From a virus (lineage: Duplodnaviria; Caudoviricetes), in the IMG/VR virus record IMGVR_UViG_3300037478_000411, positions 1-38,727 of that record: DNA of 38,727 nucleotides, one strand, 5' to 3'. Shown here piece by piece: positions 17,831-26,972 of the stretch. Each line of letters starts with the position of its first letter. Position 1 is the stretch's first letter. Made by a program: the position numbers and the translations under genes. The notes beneath the pieces are model-generated. The model searched no databases. It saw nothing but the letters and a program-made list of their open reading frames with translations, and was not told the origin of the DNA.

Positions 17831-19786
17831 ATGGCTGGAGCGGTATATGGCCGTGGCTTCTTAGACCTTCAACCCCGATTGGATAAGGGTTCGTTGGGCG
17901 GGTTTGCCGGAGCGTTCGGTCCGGTTGGCAGGGCTGCTGCCGGCGTGTTCGCTGCCACGTTCGGAACGGCTCTTGCTGCTGGCGGGTTTCTCGCCGGGTT
18001 TGCTATTAAGGGCGGTATCGACCGGGTGTTGCAAACCGAAGAGGCTGTCGTCCAAATGGGACGCCTCGGGTTGAGTGTCGATGAGATCGACAGGCTGATC
18101 GGTGCTGTCGATGACACGTTCGACGGAACCGTGTTCACTAATCCGGAGGGGTTCGCTCTCACCCAGCGGCTGATAGGCGCCGGGGAGGAGTTGGATTCGA
18201 TCCCGGATCGTCTGAGTACCATCTCCGACTTTGCGGCTCACGGGAATGTGCCCTTAGACCAGATGGGGAACATTTTCGAGCGGATCATCGGTCAGGGGCG
18301 TGTCACTGGCGAAGAGTTGAACCGTCTGTCGGATGCGAATATCCCTCTCGGAACTCTTGCTGAAACGCTTGGTCTGACGATTCCGGAACTGCGGAAGATG
18401 ACCGAAGAGGGCGAGTTCACGTCCGACATGTTCCTGCAGGCCGCGACGGATGCGGAAATGTTCCGAGGGGCTGCACATGCGGCTGGGGATACAACGTCGG
18501 GAGCTTTCAAGAATACTCTCACCCAGTTGAAGGTTTTGGGTGAACAGTTGGTGAAACCTCTGTTCGGCGAGGACGGCCCGATGGTCCGACTGTTCAAAGC
18601 GTCCCGTCAGGCTCTGATTGATCTGCGGCCACAGTTCAAATTGTGGGGGGAGCAGCTCGGCAACTTTCTGGTACCTCGTATTGAACGGCTGGCCGACTGG
18701 CTTTCGTCGGGTGGACTTCCCGACATGTTCGCCAGGTTGGGTGATACGGCGCGGAACCTGTTCGACCGGATTAAGCAGGTCGGCCCTTCTCTTGGGGGTC
18801 TTACGGATGGGTTTGCCCTGCTGGGCGGTCCGCTGGCGATCATCGCCCGGGAACTGTTCCCGCTTATCAGCCCGCTGCTTGAAGCGATCATCCCGCCGCT
18901 TGCCCAGCTGGCAAACGGGCTGGCCCCAGCATTGGCTAAGGCGCTCGGATTTCTCTCCGAGGAGATCCTTCCCGGATTCATCAAGATTGTCGAAGCGGTC
19001 GTCGGATGGATTACTGAAAACAAGGGGCTGGTCATAGCTTTGGGTATTGCCGGGATCGCATTCAAAATCTTCTCGACGATTGTGGCTGTCAACCCGTTCA
19101 TTCTCCTGGCAGCCGCGGTGATAGCCATCGTGTCGCTGATCATCACGAACTGGGATTCGATAGTCGCCTTTCTCAAACGAGTCTGGACGTGGATCAAAAC
19201 GACGGTCGGACAATTGTGGGATACGGTTAAGAGTGCGTTTAAGAAGGCGCTCGAGTTCCTTGTTAACCTGTTCCTGAATTGGACGCTGGTCGGTCGGATC
19301 ATCAAACATTGGGATGCGATCAAGGACAGCGTCCGGAATCTGATCGACTTCGTGAAGAACATTTGGAATGGGCTGGTCGACTGGTTCAAGAAGCTTCCTG
19401 GGAAGATCGGCCGTGCCGTGTCCGGCATGTGGGATGGAATCAAAACTGCGTTTCGGTCTGCTCTGAACTGGGTGATCGACAAGTGGAACAATTTCAAAAT
19501 CACGTTTCCGTCGATTGACACTCCGTTTGGTTCTATCGGCGGGTTCACGATTGACACGCCGAACATTCCCCGCCTCCACGATGGCGGTCTGGTCACTGGT
19601 CCCGCCGGGTCGGAGATGCTCGCCATTCTCGAAGCGGGGGAACGGGTTCTCTCCCGAGCTGAAGTGGCTGCCGGTGCGGATGATGTGCGGGGCATGTCGA
19701 TCCGGGTGGAAACCACGGGGGATGCCCGCGTGTTGGCCCGTGAGATTGAACGGGAATCCCGGTATGCGCTCGCGTTGGGAGGCTGA
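17831..19786 (+). CDS. tape measure protein (651 aa)
   Basis: Tape-measure domain (GQGRVTGEELNRL), Trp-periodic amphipathic repeats, C-terminal IPRLHDGG...EAGERVL. Confidence 0.92.
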   Translation: MAGAVYGRGFLDLQPRLDKGSLGGFAGAFGPVGRAAAGVFAATFGTALAAGGFLAGFAIKGGIDRVLQTEEAVVQMGRLGLSVDEIDRLIGAVDDTFDGTVFTNPEGFALTQRLIGAGEELDSIPDRLSTISDFAAHGNVPLDQMGNIFERIIGQGRVTGEELNRLSDANIPLGTLAETLGLTIPELRKMTEEGEFTSDMFLQAATDAEMFRGAAHAAGDTTSGAFKNTLTQLKVLGEQLVKPLFGEDGPMVRLFKASRQALIDLRPQFKLWGEQLGNFLVPRIERLADWLSSGGLPDMFARLGDTARNLFDRIKQVGPSLGGLTDGFALLGGPLAIIARELFPLISPLLEAIIPPLAQLANGLAPALAKALGFLSEEILPGFIKIVEAVVGWITENKGLVIALGIAGIAFKIFSTIVAVNPFILLAAAVIAIVSLIITNWDSIVAFLKRVWTWIKTTVGQLWDTVKSAFKKALEFLVNLFLNWTLVGRIIKHWDAIKDSVRNLIDFVKNIWNGLVDWFKKLPGKIGRAVSGMWDGIKTAFRSALNWVIDKWNNFKITFPSIDTPFGSIGGFTIDTPNIPRLHDGGLVTGPAGSEMLAILEAGERVLSRAEVAAGADDVRGMSIRVETTGDARVLAREIERESRYALALGG

Positions 19787-19789
19787 CCT

Positions 19790-20689
19790 GTGGCTCTCAC
19801 TGAAGCCCACCAGCGGCAGTATCGGAGTCTGCTCATGGGGCCAGGAACCTCCTACATCATCGAGGAGGAGGAGGGGTTAGAAACCGTGTCCGTCCGGTCG
19901 GGCACCCGGCCCGCGCCTCGAGCTGCAGGATCTATCCCCGGTTTGCATGTGGCCGATTCGAAGCGGATCATCCTGAAAGGGTGGATCAACGGTACGTCGG
20001 TTGCTGACACTGAAACCAAGTGGATGGACATGCGGGCGGTCATGGTCCCATCCGAATCAGAACAGCATCAATACCTGTTCCGTCATATTGGCGGGGTCGA
20101 CCGGTTCGTATGGGCCCGCCTCATCGATCGGCCGACACAGAGGAATGCGGATACGGAGACGGTCGGACTGATCCCGTTTGTCGTCGGATTCGAAGTCGCC
20201 GACCCGCGCATCTACTCGGTGGAACAACATTCGGAGACGATCCCGATCTTCTCGACGGGTTTCCCCGGCGTGGACTTCCCCCTCAACTTTCCGGTCAACT
20301 GGGATTCAGGATCCCAGGCGACAGCCTCCCTGTTCAACGCTGGCGATCAGGACGCCTACCCGTTATGCCGGTTCCAGTTCACCGCCGGAGGAACAGGAGA
20401 CTTCGACGGGGTCGAGTTGACGAACCTGACGAACGGGGCGGTCCTGACAATCAACACGTCACTGACGGCCGGGCAGGTTCTGGAGGCGAACATGGACGCC
20501 TACGTGCGGGCCGTCGCCGACAATCTGATCATCTACATTGGCAGTTCGTCCCGGTTCGGCGACTGGGCGCATCCTCGGGAACTGTTCTACCTCTCCCCTG
20601 GTTTCAACGAGCTCACCTTTGAAGTTCTCGGTTCGAGTCCGACCAGCGACGCCGCCTGCAGCGTGTTATGGCATGACACGTCCCTCTAG
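19790..20689 (+). CDS. distal tail (Dit) / minor tail protein
   Basis: Follows tape measure; DPRIYS, FPLNFP, NAGDQDAYP, LSPGFNEL. Confidence 0.8.
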   Translation: MALTEAHQRQYRSLLMGPGTSYIIEEEEGLETVSVRSGTRPAPRAAGSIPGLHVADSKRIILKGWINGTSVADTETKWMDMRAVMVPSESEQHQYLFRHIGGVDRFVWARLIDRPTQRNADTETVGLIPFVVGFEVADPRIYSVEQHSETIPIFSTGFPGVDFPLNFPVNWDSGSQATASLFNAGDQDAYPLCRFQFTAGGTGDFDGVELTNLTNGAVLTINTSLTAGQVLEANMDAYVRAVADNLIIYIGSSSRFGDWAHPRELFYLSPGFNELTFEVLGSSPTSDAACSVLWHDTSL

Positions 20690-20702
20690 ATAGGAGCCGA
20701 CT

Positions 20703-21806
20703 TTGGCCACGACATATTCTGATCCCACAAAGTGGCTCGCCTGGGCTCTCCAGGCGCGCACAGACGCGTCCGCGGGTGCAGAGGATGACGTGTCCGGCGA
20801 GGACGCCCGCGTTCCCTTGGACATTTTCACCGAAGGTGTCGTCTCCGGCCTGGAAGTGTCGGAGCGAGGCGCTGGGGCGAACTTGAGTGTCGACGTGTCG
20901 CCTGGCCTGGCGGTAATCGAAGGCGCGAACGTCGATCAGGGGAAGTATGCGGCGAAGATTGCCGGAGCGTCAGCTTTCAACGTGACAATCGGCGCGGCAG
21001 ACGTGTCGAACCCTCGTATCGACGAAATCTACCTGGTGGTCCTGGACGACGGCTACGACTCGTCGGGTTTCGTCCTCCCTCGTATCGCGGTGAGGGATGG
21101 CACCCCCGCATCATCTCCGTCGGCTCCGGGTCCGGACGGCGGGTGGGATGCTTACCTGCTGCTCGCCACGATTGCAGTGGCAGCGAACGAGACGGAGATC
21201 ACGAACGCGGAGATCACTGACGGAAGAGTCCAGGCGGCCCTTGTCGCCGACCTGGTGACCACGGATTCGATTCAGGATGATGCGGTGACCGGTCCGAAGA
21301 TTGCTACCGATGCGGTCACCCCGTCGAAGATCATCGCTAACGCCGTATCCACATCGAAGATCATCGACGGTGCGGTGACCACGTCGAAAATTGCCGACGA
21401 TGCGGTTACGGTCGCCAAGATTGCCAACACTATCGGGATCGTCACTGTTGGCGGGGGGGCAAATACGACTAGCTCCGCCCTTACTACTTCGTTCGTTGAC
21501 ATGGTGTCAGACAGTTTCAGTCTGCCGTCTGGTTGGTCGTCGGCCTTGATTATGGCGTGGGGTGGGACCGCCGTGAGAAGTAACGGCGTGCCGATCGCTT
21601 TCGCCGAAGCACGCATCGAAATCGGAGCTAATAACGGGACGGTTGGTCAGGCTCCCGGTGATGGTGACTACACCATGGTGGCTCGGCATGAGGCGTCGGT
21701 TACGGGTACGGTGACCGTTGCCTTGGCCGCCCGCAAGATCCAGAGCGGCGATGACTACGACAGGTTCTCGGCGTCGGTGAGCTGGATCGCGGTCCGTACT
21801 GGCTAA
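20703..21806 (+). CDS. minor tail / tail fibre protein
   Basis: LSVDVSPG, NPRIDEI, GTPASSP, LATIAV, ITDGR; internal 10-aa repeats. Confidence 0.75.
   Translation: MATTYSDPTKWLAWALQARTDASAGAEDDVSGEDARVPLDIFTEGVVSGLEVSERGAGANLSVDVSPGLAVIEGANVDQGKYAAKIAGASAFNVTIGAADVSNPRIDEIYLVVLDDGYDSSGFVLPRIAVRDGTPASSPSAPGPDGGWDAYLLLATIAVAANETEITNAEITDGRVQAALVADLVTTDSIQDDAVTGPKIATDAVTPSKIIANAVSTSKIIDGAVTTSKIADDAVTVAKIANTIGIVTVGGGANTTSSALTTSFVDMVSDSFSLPSGWSSALIMAWGGTAVRSNGVPIAFAEARIEIGANNGTVGQAPGDGDYTMVARHEASVTGTVTVALAARKIQSGDDYDRFSASVSWIAVRTG
21255..21430 (+). repeat. about six tandem 30-bp repeats encoding VTxxKIAxDA
   Basis: VTTDSIQDDA VTGPKIATDA VTPSKIIANA VSTSKIIDGA VTTSKIADDA VTVAKIAN. Confidence 0.85.
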
Positions 21807-22471
21807 TGGTCTAGCTTATCCGGCTTACCCGAGTCGCGTAGCGAGACGAGAAGAATGCCGGCCAGCAGGAGGAACCCGGCCAGAAGTCCGAGGCCGTTCT
21901 CTATACCAGTGAAGGGCAGTTCAGTGAGTGTTGCATTGGGTGCAGCCTGTGTAGTCTGTGCAGTCTGTGGGACGGCAGGCTGGGTTGTTGAAGTCACCGG
22001 AGGCGGAGTAGTCGAAGTCTCCGCAGGCAGAGTGGTCGTAGTCGTTTCTTCGGCGGCAACCTCACACACGTCAGTGTCAGTCTCAAGCCGATCTCCGGGG
22101 TCGATGAAGATGAGCTTTCTGTCACGGCAAACCTGGATTGACTCCGCCGGTCCCGCATACGGTTGAGTGGTGGTTGTCGGCTGCTCGCATACTGGGAAGG
22201 CGCCCGACTCAACCAGTATCCAACCGTCATCCCATATCCACACTTCGTAAGTGCTGGTCCCCGTCGCGCCGGTTGTTTCACCGGGAGCCACCAGTTGTTC
22301 CTCCGCTTCGGCTGTCCCTGACTCGAAGGCGTAGATGCGTACTGGCATCGCGGAAGTGTTGGTGACTATCACCGAGGAGAATCCGAAATTGTCACATTCG
22401 AATTGGATGGCCACGGATGGTGCCGTGTTAACACTTCCGAATAGTGTGAGCGCTAATAGCAGGCTGATCAT
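21803..22471 (-). CDS. sortase-anchored (LPxTG) surface protein with signal peptide and Thr/Pro-rich stalk
   Basis: N-terminal hydrophobic signal; LPFTG + hydrophobic helix + charged tail. Confidence 0.8.
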   Translation of the reverse strand: MISLLLALTLFGSVNTAPSVAIQFECDNFGFSSVIVTNTSAMPVRIYAFESGTAEAEEQLVAPGETTGATGTSTYEVWIWDDGWILVESGAFPVCEQPTTTTQPYAGPAESIQVCRDRKLIFIDPGDRLETDTDVCEVAAEETTTTTLPAETSTTPPPVTSTTQPAVPQTAQTTQAAPNATLTELPFTGIENGLGLLAGFLLLAGILLVSLRDSGKPDKLDH

Positions 22472-22608
22472 TTCTTCTCCCTGTCGTCGTTCTTCGCCTG
22501 CTCGAGTAGTTCAATAATCGTCTCGCTCAGGGTCTGATCCTTGTTGAGTGCTCGTATGCGGAGCCACCTGTGCAGCTCGTCTGGTAATGCCGCCTTCACC
22601 CATTTCAT
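22468..22608 (-). CDS. ribbon-helix-helix (Arc/CopG-like) regulator, 46 aa (not in the ORF track)
   Basis: MKWVKAALPDELHRWLRIRALNKDQTLSETIIELLEQ; ATGA-coupled to the LPxTG gene. Confidence 0.75.
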   Translation of the reverse strand: MKWVKAALPDELHRWLRIRALNKDQTLSETIIELLEQAKNDDREKK

Positions 22609-22609
22609 A

Positions 22610-22644
22610 GTGTTAACTGTAGCGTGGGGTGTTAATTGTGTCAA
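22610..22644 (-). promoter_or_regulatory. sigmaA-type promoter for a leaderless RHH-LPxTG operon
   Basis: TTGACA-17 bp-TACAGT, ATG 7 nt downstream; two TTAACAC direct repeats overlap it. Confidence 0.75.
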
Positions 22645-22653
22645 GGGGGTCTT

Positions 22654-23718
22654 GTGGCCTATTCCGTATCAGTGGTGAAGCGGACCCCCACCCAATCGTC
22701 CACTCCCACGCTGGTGGAGGTCGGTCCGATCCTCGACCCGTCGGGGCTCTCCTGGTCCGACGAGCTGAACCGGGAGACCGAAGCGTCCGTCTCCTGCGAC
22801 CCGCGGCTCCTCTCCGAACCGGTGAAAGTGCAGATACGGGAGGATCTGGACGACGATTCGGATACGCCCGGATTGGAACTGTGGATCTACCGGGACAGTG
22901 TCCGGGTGTTCGAAGGCCCGATTGTCGGCTATCAGATTCAGGGTGAGGCGAACACGCTGACCGTCACCGCCCGCGGCCTCCTTTACTACCTGCGGGGGAT
23001 GTGGCTGCTGGCTGACTTCGCCCAGACTGACGACCAGTATGACATTGGGAAGATGCTGGTCGACCAGTGGCAGGCGGAAGACTACGGCCATTTCGGGATT
23101 GACACGTCGGGTATCGGCACGTCGGGGACGAACCGGCAGCGGACCTGGCTGGCCCACGAACAGCACAACGTCTTCCAACGGCTCTCTGAACTGGCCGATG
23201 TGAACGGCGGCTTCGACTACTGGGTTGAGAATGAAACCCGCGACCTCGAGTTTGCAGCAGCCCGCGGAACCGACCTGTCCGCCACCGTCTTCTTAGACCG
23301 GCGGGGTGTGGTCGACCCGGGGATAGCAGTGTCGAAGGCTGCCGGCTCGTTCGCCTCCACCGCCTTCGCCTCGTCGTCCGGTGACATGGTGCTCACCTCG
23401 TCGGATGTGGATGCGACCCTCCGCCAATCTTTCGGATATTGGGGTCATGCTGAAACGTTCGACGGGGTGACGGTTCAGGCCACGTTGGATGACCATGCGG
23501 CCCGTCTGCTGGCCGACCGGAATCGGGTCATGTTCGTTCCCGCCCCTTCGGTAATCCCGGTGTCTGGTTCGTCGCCGACTGCGTTCGACCCGGGCGACAC
23601 GATCGAATTCTCGTACGACTTCGGAGTGGGAACGGTGACCGTCCAACGGCGCGTGTTGAAGAAGCAGGTTTCTGTGGGTGATGAGGGGCAGGAGGATATG
23701 GGTGTGGCCTTCGCATGA
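22654..23718 (+). CDS. minor tail protein (Tal/hub-like)
   Basis: LSWSDELN, LWIYRDSVRVFEGPI, ARGLLYYL, GGFDY, FDPGDTI. Confidence 0.75.
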   Translation: MAYSVSVVKRTPTQSSTPTLVEVGPILDPSGLSWSDELNRETEASVSCDPRLLSEPVKVQIREDLDDDSDTPGLELWIYRDSVRVFEGPIVGYQIQGEANTLTVTARGLLYYLRGMWLLADFAQTDDQYDIGKMLVDQWQAEDYGHFGIDTSGIGTSGTNRQRTWLAHEQHNVFQRLSELADVNGGFDYWVENETRDLEFAAARGTDLSATVFLDRRGVVDPGIAVSKAAGSFASTAFASSSGDMVLTSSDVDATLRQSFGYWGHAETFDGVTVQATLDDHAARLLADRNRVMFVPAPSVIPVSGSSPTAFDPGDTIEFSYDFGVGTVTVQRRVLKKQVSVGDEGQEDMGVAFA

Positions 23719-24209
23719 GACGTTTCGATGGGCAGGTCCGCACGCTCGCCGAACTGAACCGGAAGGTCACTGATCTTGCGTCGACGGTGTTGACCCGGCT
23801 GACACAGAAGCCACATGGCGTCCTCGGCTATGCCGTTACTACAACCAACCAGTCGGGCATTTCCACTGAAGCTGACATTGCCGGGCTGGCAGCCACTGTC
23901 ACTGTCCCTGCGGGCCGTCTCGTGAAACTCTCCTACTCGCTGGCGTTGAACAACGACGGCTCTCCTGCCGCCGATCAGGTTGGGCGTATCCGAATCAAAG
24001 AGGACACCACTGTTCTCAAACTGGTCGACGTGAACATGGAGACGGCTGGTGGAACGGTCGGTACTGCCAGCTGGTGTGTCGAAGCCCCATCGGCCGGAGC
24101 GCACACTTACAAGCTGTCCGCTGAGAAACCGGTCGGTGCGGGAACCATCCAAGTGTCTTCGGCAGGGGTCAAGTCTGAATTCCTGGTCGAGGATATCGGC
24201 TCAGCCTGA
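23715..24209 (+). CDS. minor tail protein
   Basis: Short N-terminal coil + beta-rich domain; PSAGAHTYKL, LVEDIG. Confidence 0.6.
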   Translation: MRRFDGQVRTLAELNRKVTDLASTVLTRLTQKPHGVLGYAVTTTNQSGISTEADIAGLAATVTVPAGRLVKLSYSLALNNDGSPAADQVGRIRIKEDTTVLKLVDVNMETAGGTVGTASWCVEAPSAGAHTYKLSAEKPVGAGTIQVSSAGVKSEFLVEDIGSA

Positions 24210-24244
24210 CCGATCGGCTACACCCACCGTCCAGAGGGGCATAA

Positions 24245-24463
24245 ATGGCAACTATCCAACTCACTATTCCAGACGAAGCCGTATCAAGGGTTATCCATGC
24301 TCTCTGTGTCAACAGCGGGAAGATCCCAGAGGATGCGGCCAACGCCAAACAGGCGTTGGTTGAGATTGTCAAGGGGATCGTGGGCAGCGTGGAACGCCGA
24401 GAGGCGGAAGCTGCCGCCCTCGGCACGATTGTCAACTCCGACACTGAGGGGATAGTCACCTGA
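24245..24463 (+). CDS. hypothetical protein
   Basis: GAGGGG RBS; clean ORF at the end of the tail module. Confidence 0.6.
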   Translation: MATIQLTIPDEAVSRVIHALCVNSGKIPEDAANAKQALVEIVKGIVGSVERREAEAAALGTIVNSDTEGIVT

Positions 24464-24512
24464 GGAGAGGCTGGATCTCGGCCTGACCGTCCGGCTATAG
24501 AGAGGGAATCCT

Positions 24513-25367
24513 ATGCGTGCCGTTTGGCTGGCCGACATTCTCACCGATGCTGGACTGACCGTCCGACCGTATCCGGGTTGGGAGACCCGAGGCGGGAACA
24601 CGTTCGCTCCCCGCGGACTCATATGGCATCACACGGTGACCAAACCGTCCACCACCGATTCGACCGTAGACAAAATGCTGGCCGTTTGGGGCTCGAGCAC
24701 CGTACCGCCTCCGTTGGCGAACTATTCGACCAACCGTGACGGCACCGTTTCGATCATCGCCGCCGGAATAGCGAACCATGGCGGGGCGGGGTCGTGGAAT
24801 GGATTGTCCGGCAACCGGTACTGGTTCGGCGACGAAATGAAAAACCTTGGCACGTCGGCAGAGCCGTGGCCAGCCGTCCAACTCGAAGCGGCCCGTCGTG
24901 CTGCCGCCGCTGTCCTCGCACATATTGAAGCGGACCAGTCGTGGATGTGCGGCCATAAGGAGTATGCGCCCGGCCGGAAGGTCGACCCGCACACGTTGAA
25001 CATGACAGACGAGCGGGCCCGTGTAAAGCGTCTGCTCTTAAAGGAGAATCTTATGCTGCCTATCGGTCCCGGCTCACCAGCCGAAGACATCCGTTCCGTC
25101 CAAGGACTGCTCAACACGGCGTTCAACGCTGGGCTGACCGAGAATGGGACATGGGATGCGGCGACGAAGAATGCTGCCGCCGTCCACCTCGGCTCGGCCA
25201 CCGGTGATACGGCGGCGAAGGCTGGCAACTATGTGAACGCCCGCATGTACCGAGCTCTCCTCATCGGACTGGTCAGAGCGGTCGGTGGAGGGGTGGTCGA
25301 CCAGGTGGCCCGTGATGCTGCCGCCCTGGCCAATTCGAGACTGTCGAAGGTCAAGTCGGTCCTGTGA
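24513..25367 (+). CDS. endolysin: N-acetylmuramoyl-L-alanine amidase + C-terminal peptidoglycan-binding-like domain
   Basis: GWETRG, IWHHT, ANHGG, GHKEYAPGRKVDP; VQGLLN...NGTWDAAT. Confidence 0.9.
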   Translation: MRAVWLADILTDAGLTVRPYPGWETRGGNTFAPRGLIWHHTVTKPSTTDSTVDKMLAVWGSSTVPPPLANYSTNRDGTVSIIAAGIANHGGAGSWNGLSGNRYWFGDEMKNLGTSAEPWPAVQLEAARRAAAAVLAHIEADQSWMCGHKEYAPGRKVDPHTLNMTDERARVKRLLLKENLMLPIGPGSPAEDIRSVQGLLNTAFNAGLTENGTWDAATKNAAAVHLGSATGDTAAKAGNYVNARMYRALLIGLVRAVGGGVVDQVARDAAALANSRLSKVKSVL

Positions 25368-25543
25368 ACCATGTTCTCCATGTTGAGGATGAGGGCCGGC
25401 CTGATGGTGGTGGCCCGCGTGTGATGCGCCCCTGGTGTGAATGCGGCTGGCTGGGTGTCCGCTCCTATGCGGACCTGGCCGCACAGGATTGCCGCGACCA
25501 GTTCTACATGCATTTGGAGGAGGCTCAGGACGATGCTCCGTAA
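25364..25543 (+). CDS. small hypothetical protein with CxCGW...H motif, 59 aa
   Basis: GTGA overlap with the lysin; read manually. Confidence 0.5.
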   Translation: MNHVLHVEDEGRPDGGGPRVMRPWCECGWLGVRSYADLAAQDCRDQFYMHLEEAQDDAP

Positions 25544-25889
25544 TCTCGTCTTCGCCTTCCACGCGGTCGACCATGCCCATGTTGTGATCACTGCGGTCGT
25601 CTGGGCTGTCGGCTTCTTCTACATTGCGGTAACCCTGCCCAAGGTGGGGCCGATCCGCCGGGTCTCCTACATTCTCGCCCTTCCCCTATGGGCGATCGGC
25701 TCGGCCATCTACGTGTATGCGGCTGTAGCCGGAAACTTCGAACAGGGCACGCGCCTGTCACCGTTGGCGATCGGAATCCGAGTGCTCCTATTCGGCATCG
25801 CCCTGGAAGGATTACTAGTCCCGTTTATTGACAGGTTGGAGGGCCGTCACCGTCCGCAGGAGATACGCATCCTTCCGGACGGATCATGA
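25533..25889 (+). CDS. membrane protein (about 3 TM), holin candidate
   Basis: GGAGG/AGGA upstream of ATG 25533; three hydrophobic stretches. Confidence 0.6.
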   Translation: MLRNLVFAFHAVDHAHVVITAVVWAVGFFYIAVTLPKVGPIRRVSYILALPLWAIGSAIYVYAAVAGNFEQGTRLSPLAIGIRVLLFGIALEGLLVPFIDRLEGRHRPQEIRILPDGS

Positions 25890-26245
25890 CGCCGGCTGAG
25901 ATTACGGCGGGGATCTCACTGGCTACCGCTATCGCTGCCGGAGCGGGAGCGTGGACAGCGTATGTGAAGTCGAATCGGATGACCGAATCGCAGGTTATCG
26001 AAGTGACCGCGAAGACAGCGAAGGATGTTGTGTCGCTGGTCAACGTCCAGTTGGACCGGTCGATGACCGACTTTCAACGATTGTCGGAACGGGTCGAAGC
26101 TCTCGAGGAGGCTCTGACCAAGGAGCGAGGTAAGAACATGAGCCTCCAACTTCAACTGGGCATGGTCCGGAAGCGGGTGAAGACTCTCGAAGAGTTCATC
26201 CATTCGAAGGGTTTCACCCCGCCACCTCACGTGGAGGACGAATGA
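25886..26245 (+). CDS. single-TM + coiled-coil lysis-cassette protein
   Basis: N-terminal hydrophobic helix; heptad LSERVEALEEAL. Confidence 0.65.
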   Translation: MTPAEITAGISLATAIAAGAGAWTAYVKSNRMTESQVIEVTAKTAKDVVSLVNVQLDRSMTDFQRLSERVEALEEALTKERGKNMSLQLQLGMVRKRVKTLEEFIHSKGFTPPPHVEDE

Positions 26246-26472
26246 GCACCACTGAACTGCTGACGTTGATGACTGCTGTTGTGGTGCTGATTACGGCGGT
26301 TGCCACCTGGCGGATCAACCAGCTAGCCAAAGCCGTCCAAGAGGTCCATGTCATCGTCAACTCACGGATGACGGCAGTCCTGGCGCGGGTGGAGCAACTC
26401 ACTGAAGCGCTCGAAACGTCAGATACGGACGTACCCGTAGACCCCGAAGAGAGGAAAACCCATGAGCGTTGA
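26242..26472 (+). CDS. single-TM small protein
   Basis: Hydrophobic N-terminus; VHVIVNSRM. Confidence 0.6.
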   Translation: MSTTELLTLMTAVVVLITAVATWRINQLAKAVQEVHVIVNSRMTAVLARVEQLTEALETSDTDVPVDPEERKTHER

Positions 26473-26536
26473 ACGCGTCCTAGTAATCGTGATCCTGGTC
26501 GTACTGGCCGTCTGGCTGGTACGCACCCTCATTTGA
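26462..26536 (+). CDS. 24-aa hydrophobic peptide
   Basis: GAGGA RBS; MSVERVLVIVILVVLAVWLVRTLI. Confidence 0.55.
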   Translation: MSVERVLVIVILVVLAVWLVRTLI

Positions 26537-26601
26537 CCACGGTTCTAATCCTGATCCTGATCGTCGCCGTCCTATACGGCGTCACCAGAATCATGCGATG
26601 A
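26533..26601 (+). CDS. 22-aa hydrophobic peptide
   Basis: TTGA overlap; MTTVLILILIVAVLYGVTRIMR. Confidence 0.45.
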   Translation: MTTVLILILIVAVLYGVTRIMR

Positions 26602-26690
26602 CAAAGGAAAACCCCCGCCAGTGCGGCACTTTCGCACCGCACGGCGAGGAGGATTACTCCAAGTATCGACATATCTCGATCCTAAGTCAA
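26600..26690 (-). ncRNA. putative ~55-nt sRNA unit (promoter + terminator hairpin)
   Basis: Minus-strand TTGACT-17-GATACT (26690-26662), then a GC hairpin and TTTTCCTTT. Confidence 0.45.
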
Positions 26691-26732
26691 GACAAAGCTA
26701 TCCCCCACGGCCGGGGTGAAGGGAGCAGCAAA

Positions 26733-26972
26733 ATGGGAGACTTCGACGACCTGTACCAGGGACGAGCGTCCAACCGGAGCTGGCTGGCCGACCGTACACC
26801 TGAACAGCAGGACTGGCTCAACGAGCTAGCCGCACATATCCGTGAGGCGGGACGGGAGCCGTCTGTCTCATGGCGAGAGTTGAACCGCAGATTCGACTCC
26901 CGCTGGCCGGGTGAGGCACCAGCCGACGCAACCATTTTCGCCCAGCATGTACGCAGCCTGGTCGCCCAGTGA
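26733..26972 (+). CDS. hypothetical helical protein
   Basis: AAGGGAG RBS before ATG 26733; coupled to the exonuclease. Confidence 0.6.
   Translation: MGDFDDLYQGRASNRSWLADRTPEQQDWLNELAAHIREAGREPSVSWRELNRRFDSRWPGEAPADATIFAQHVRSLVAQ

Noticed and set aside
18254-19836. Two long minus-strand ORFs (518 and 409 aa)
   Set aside because: Antisense shadows of the tape measure gene with no recognisable domains
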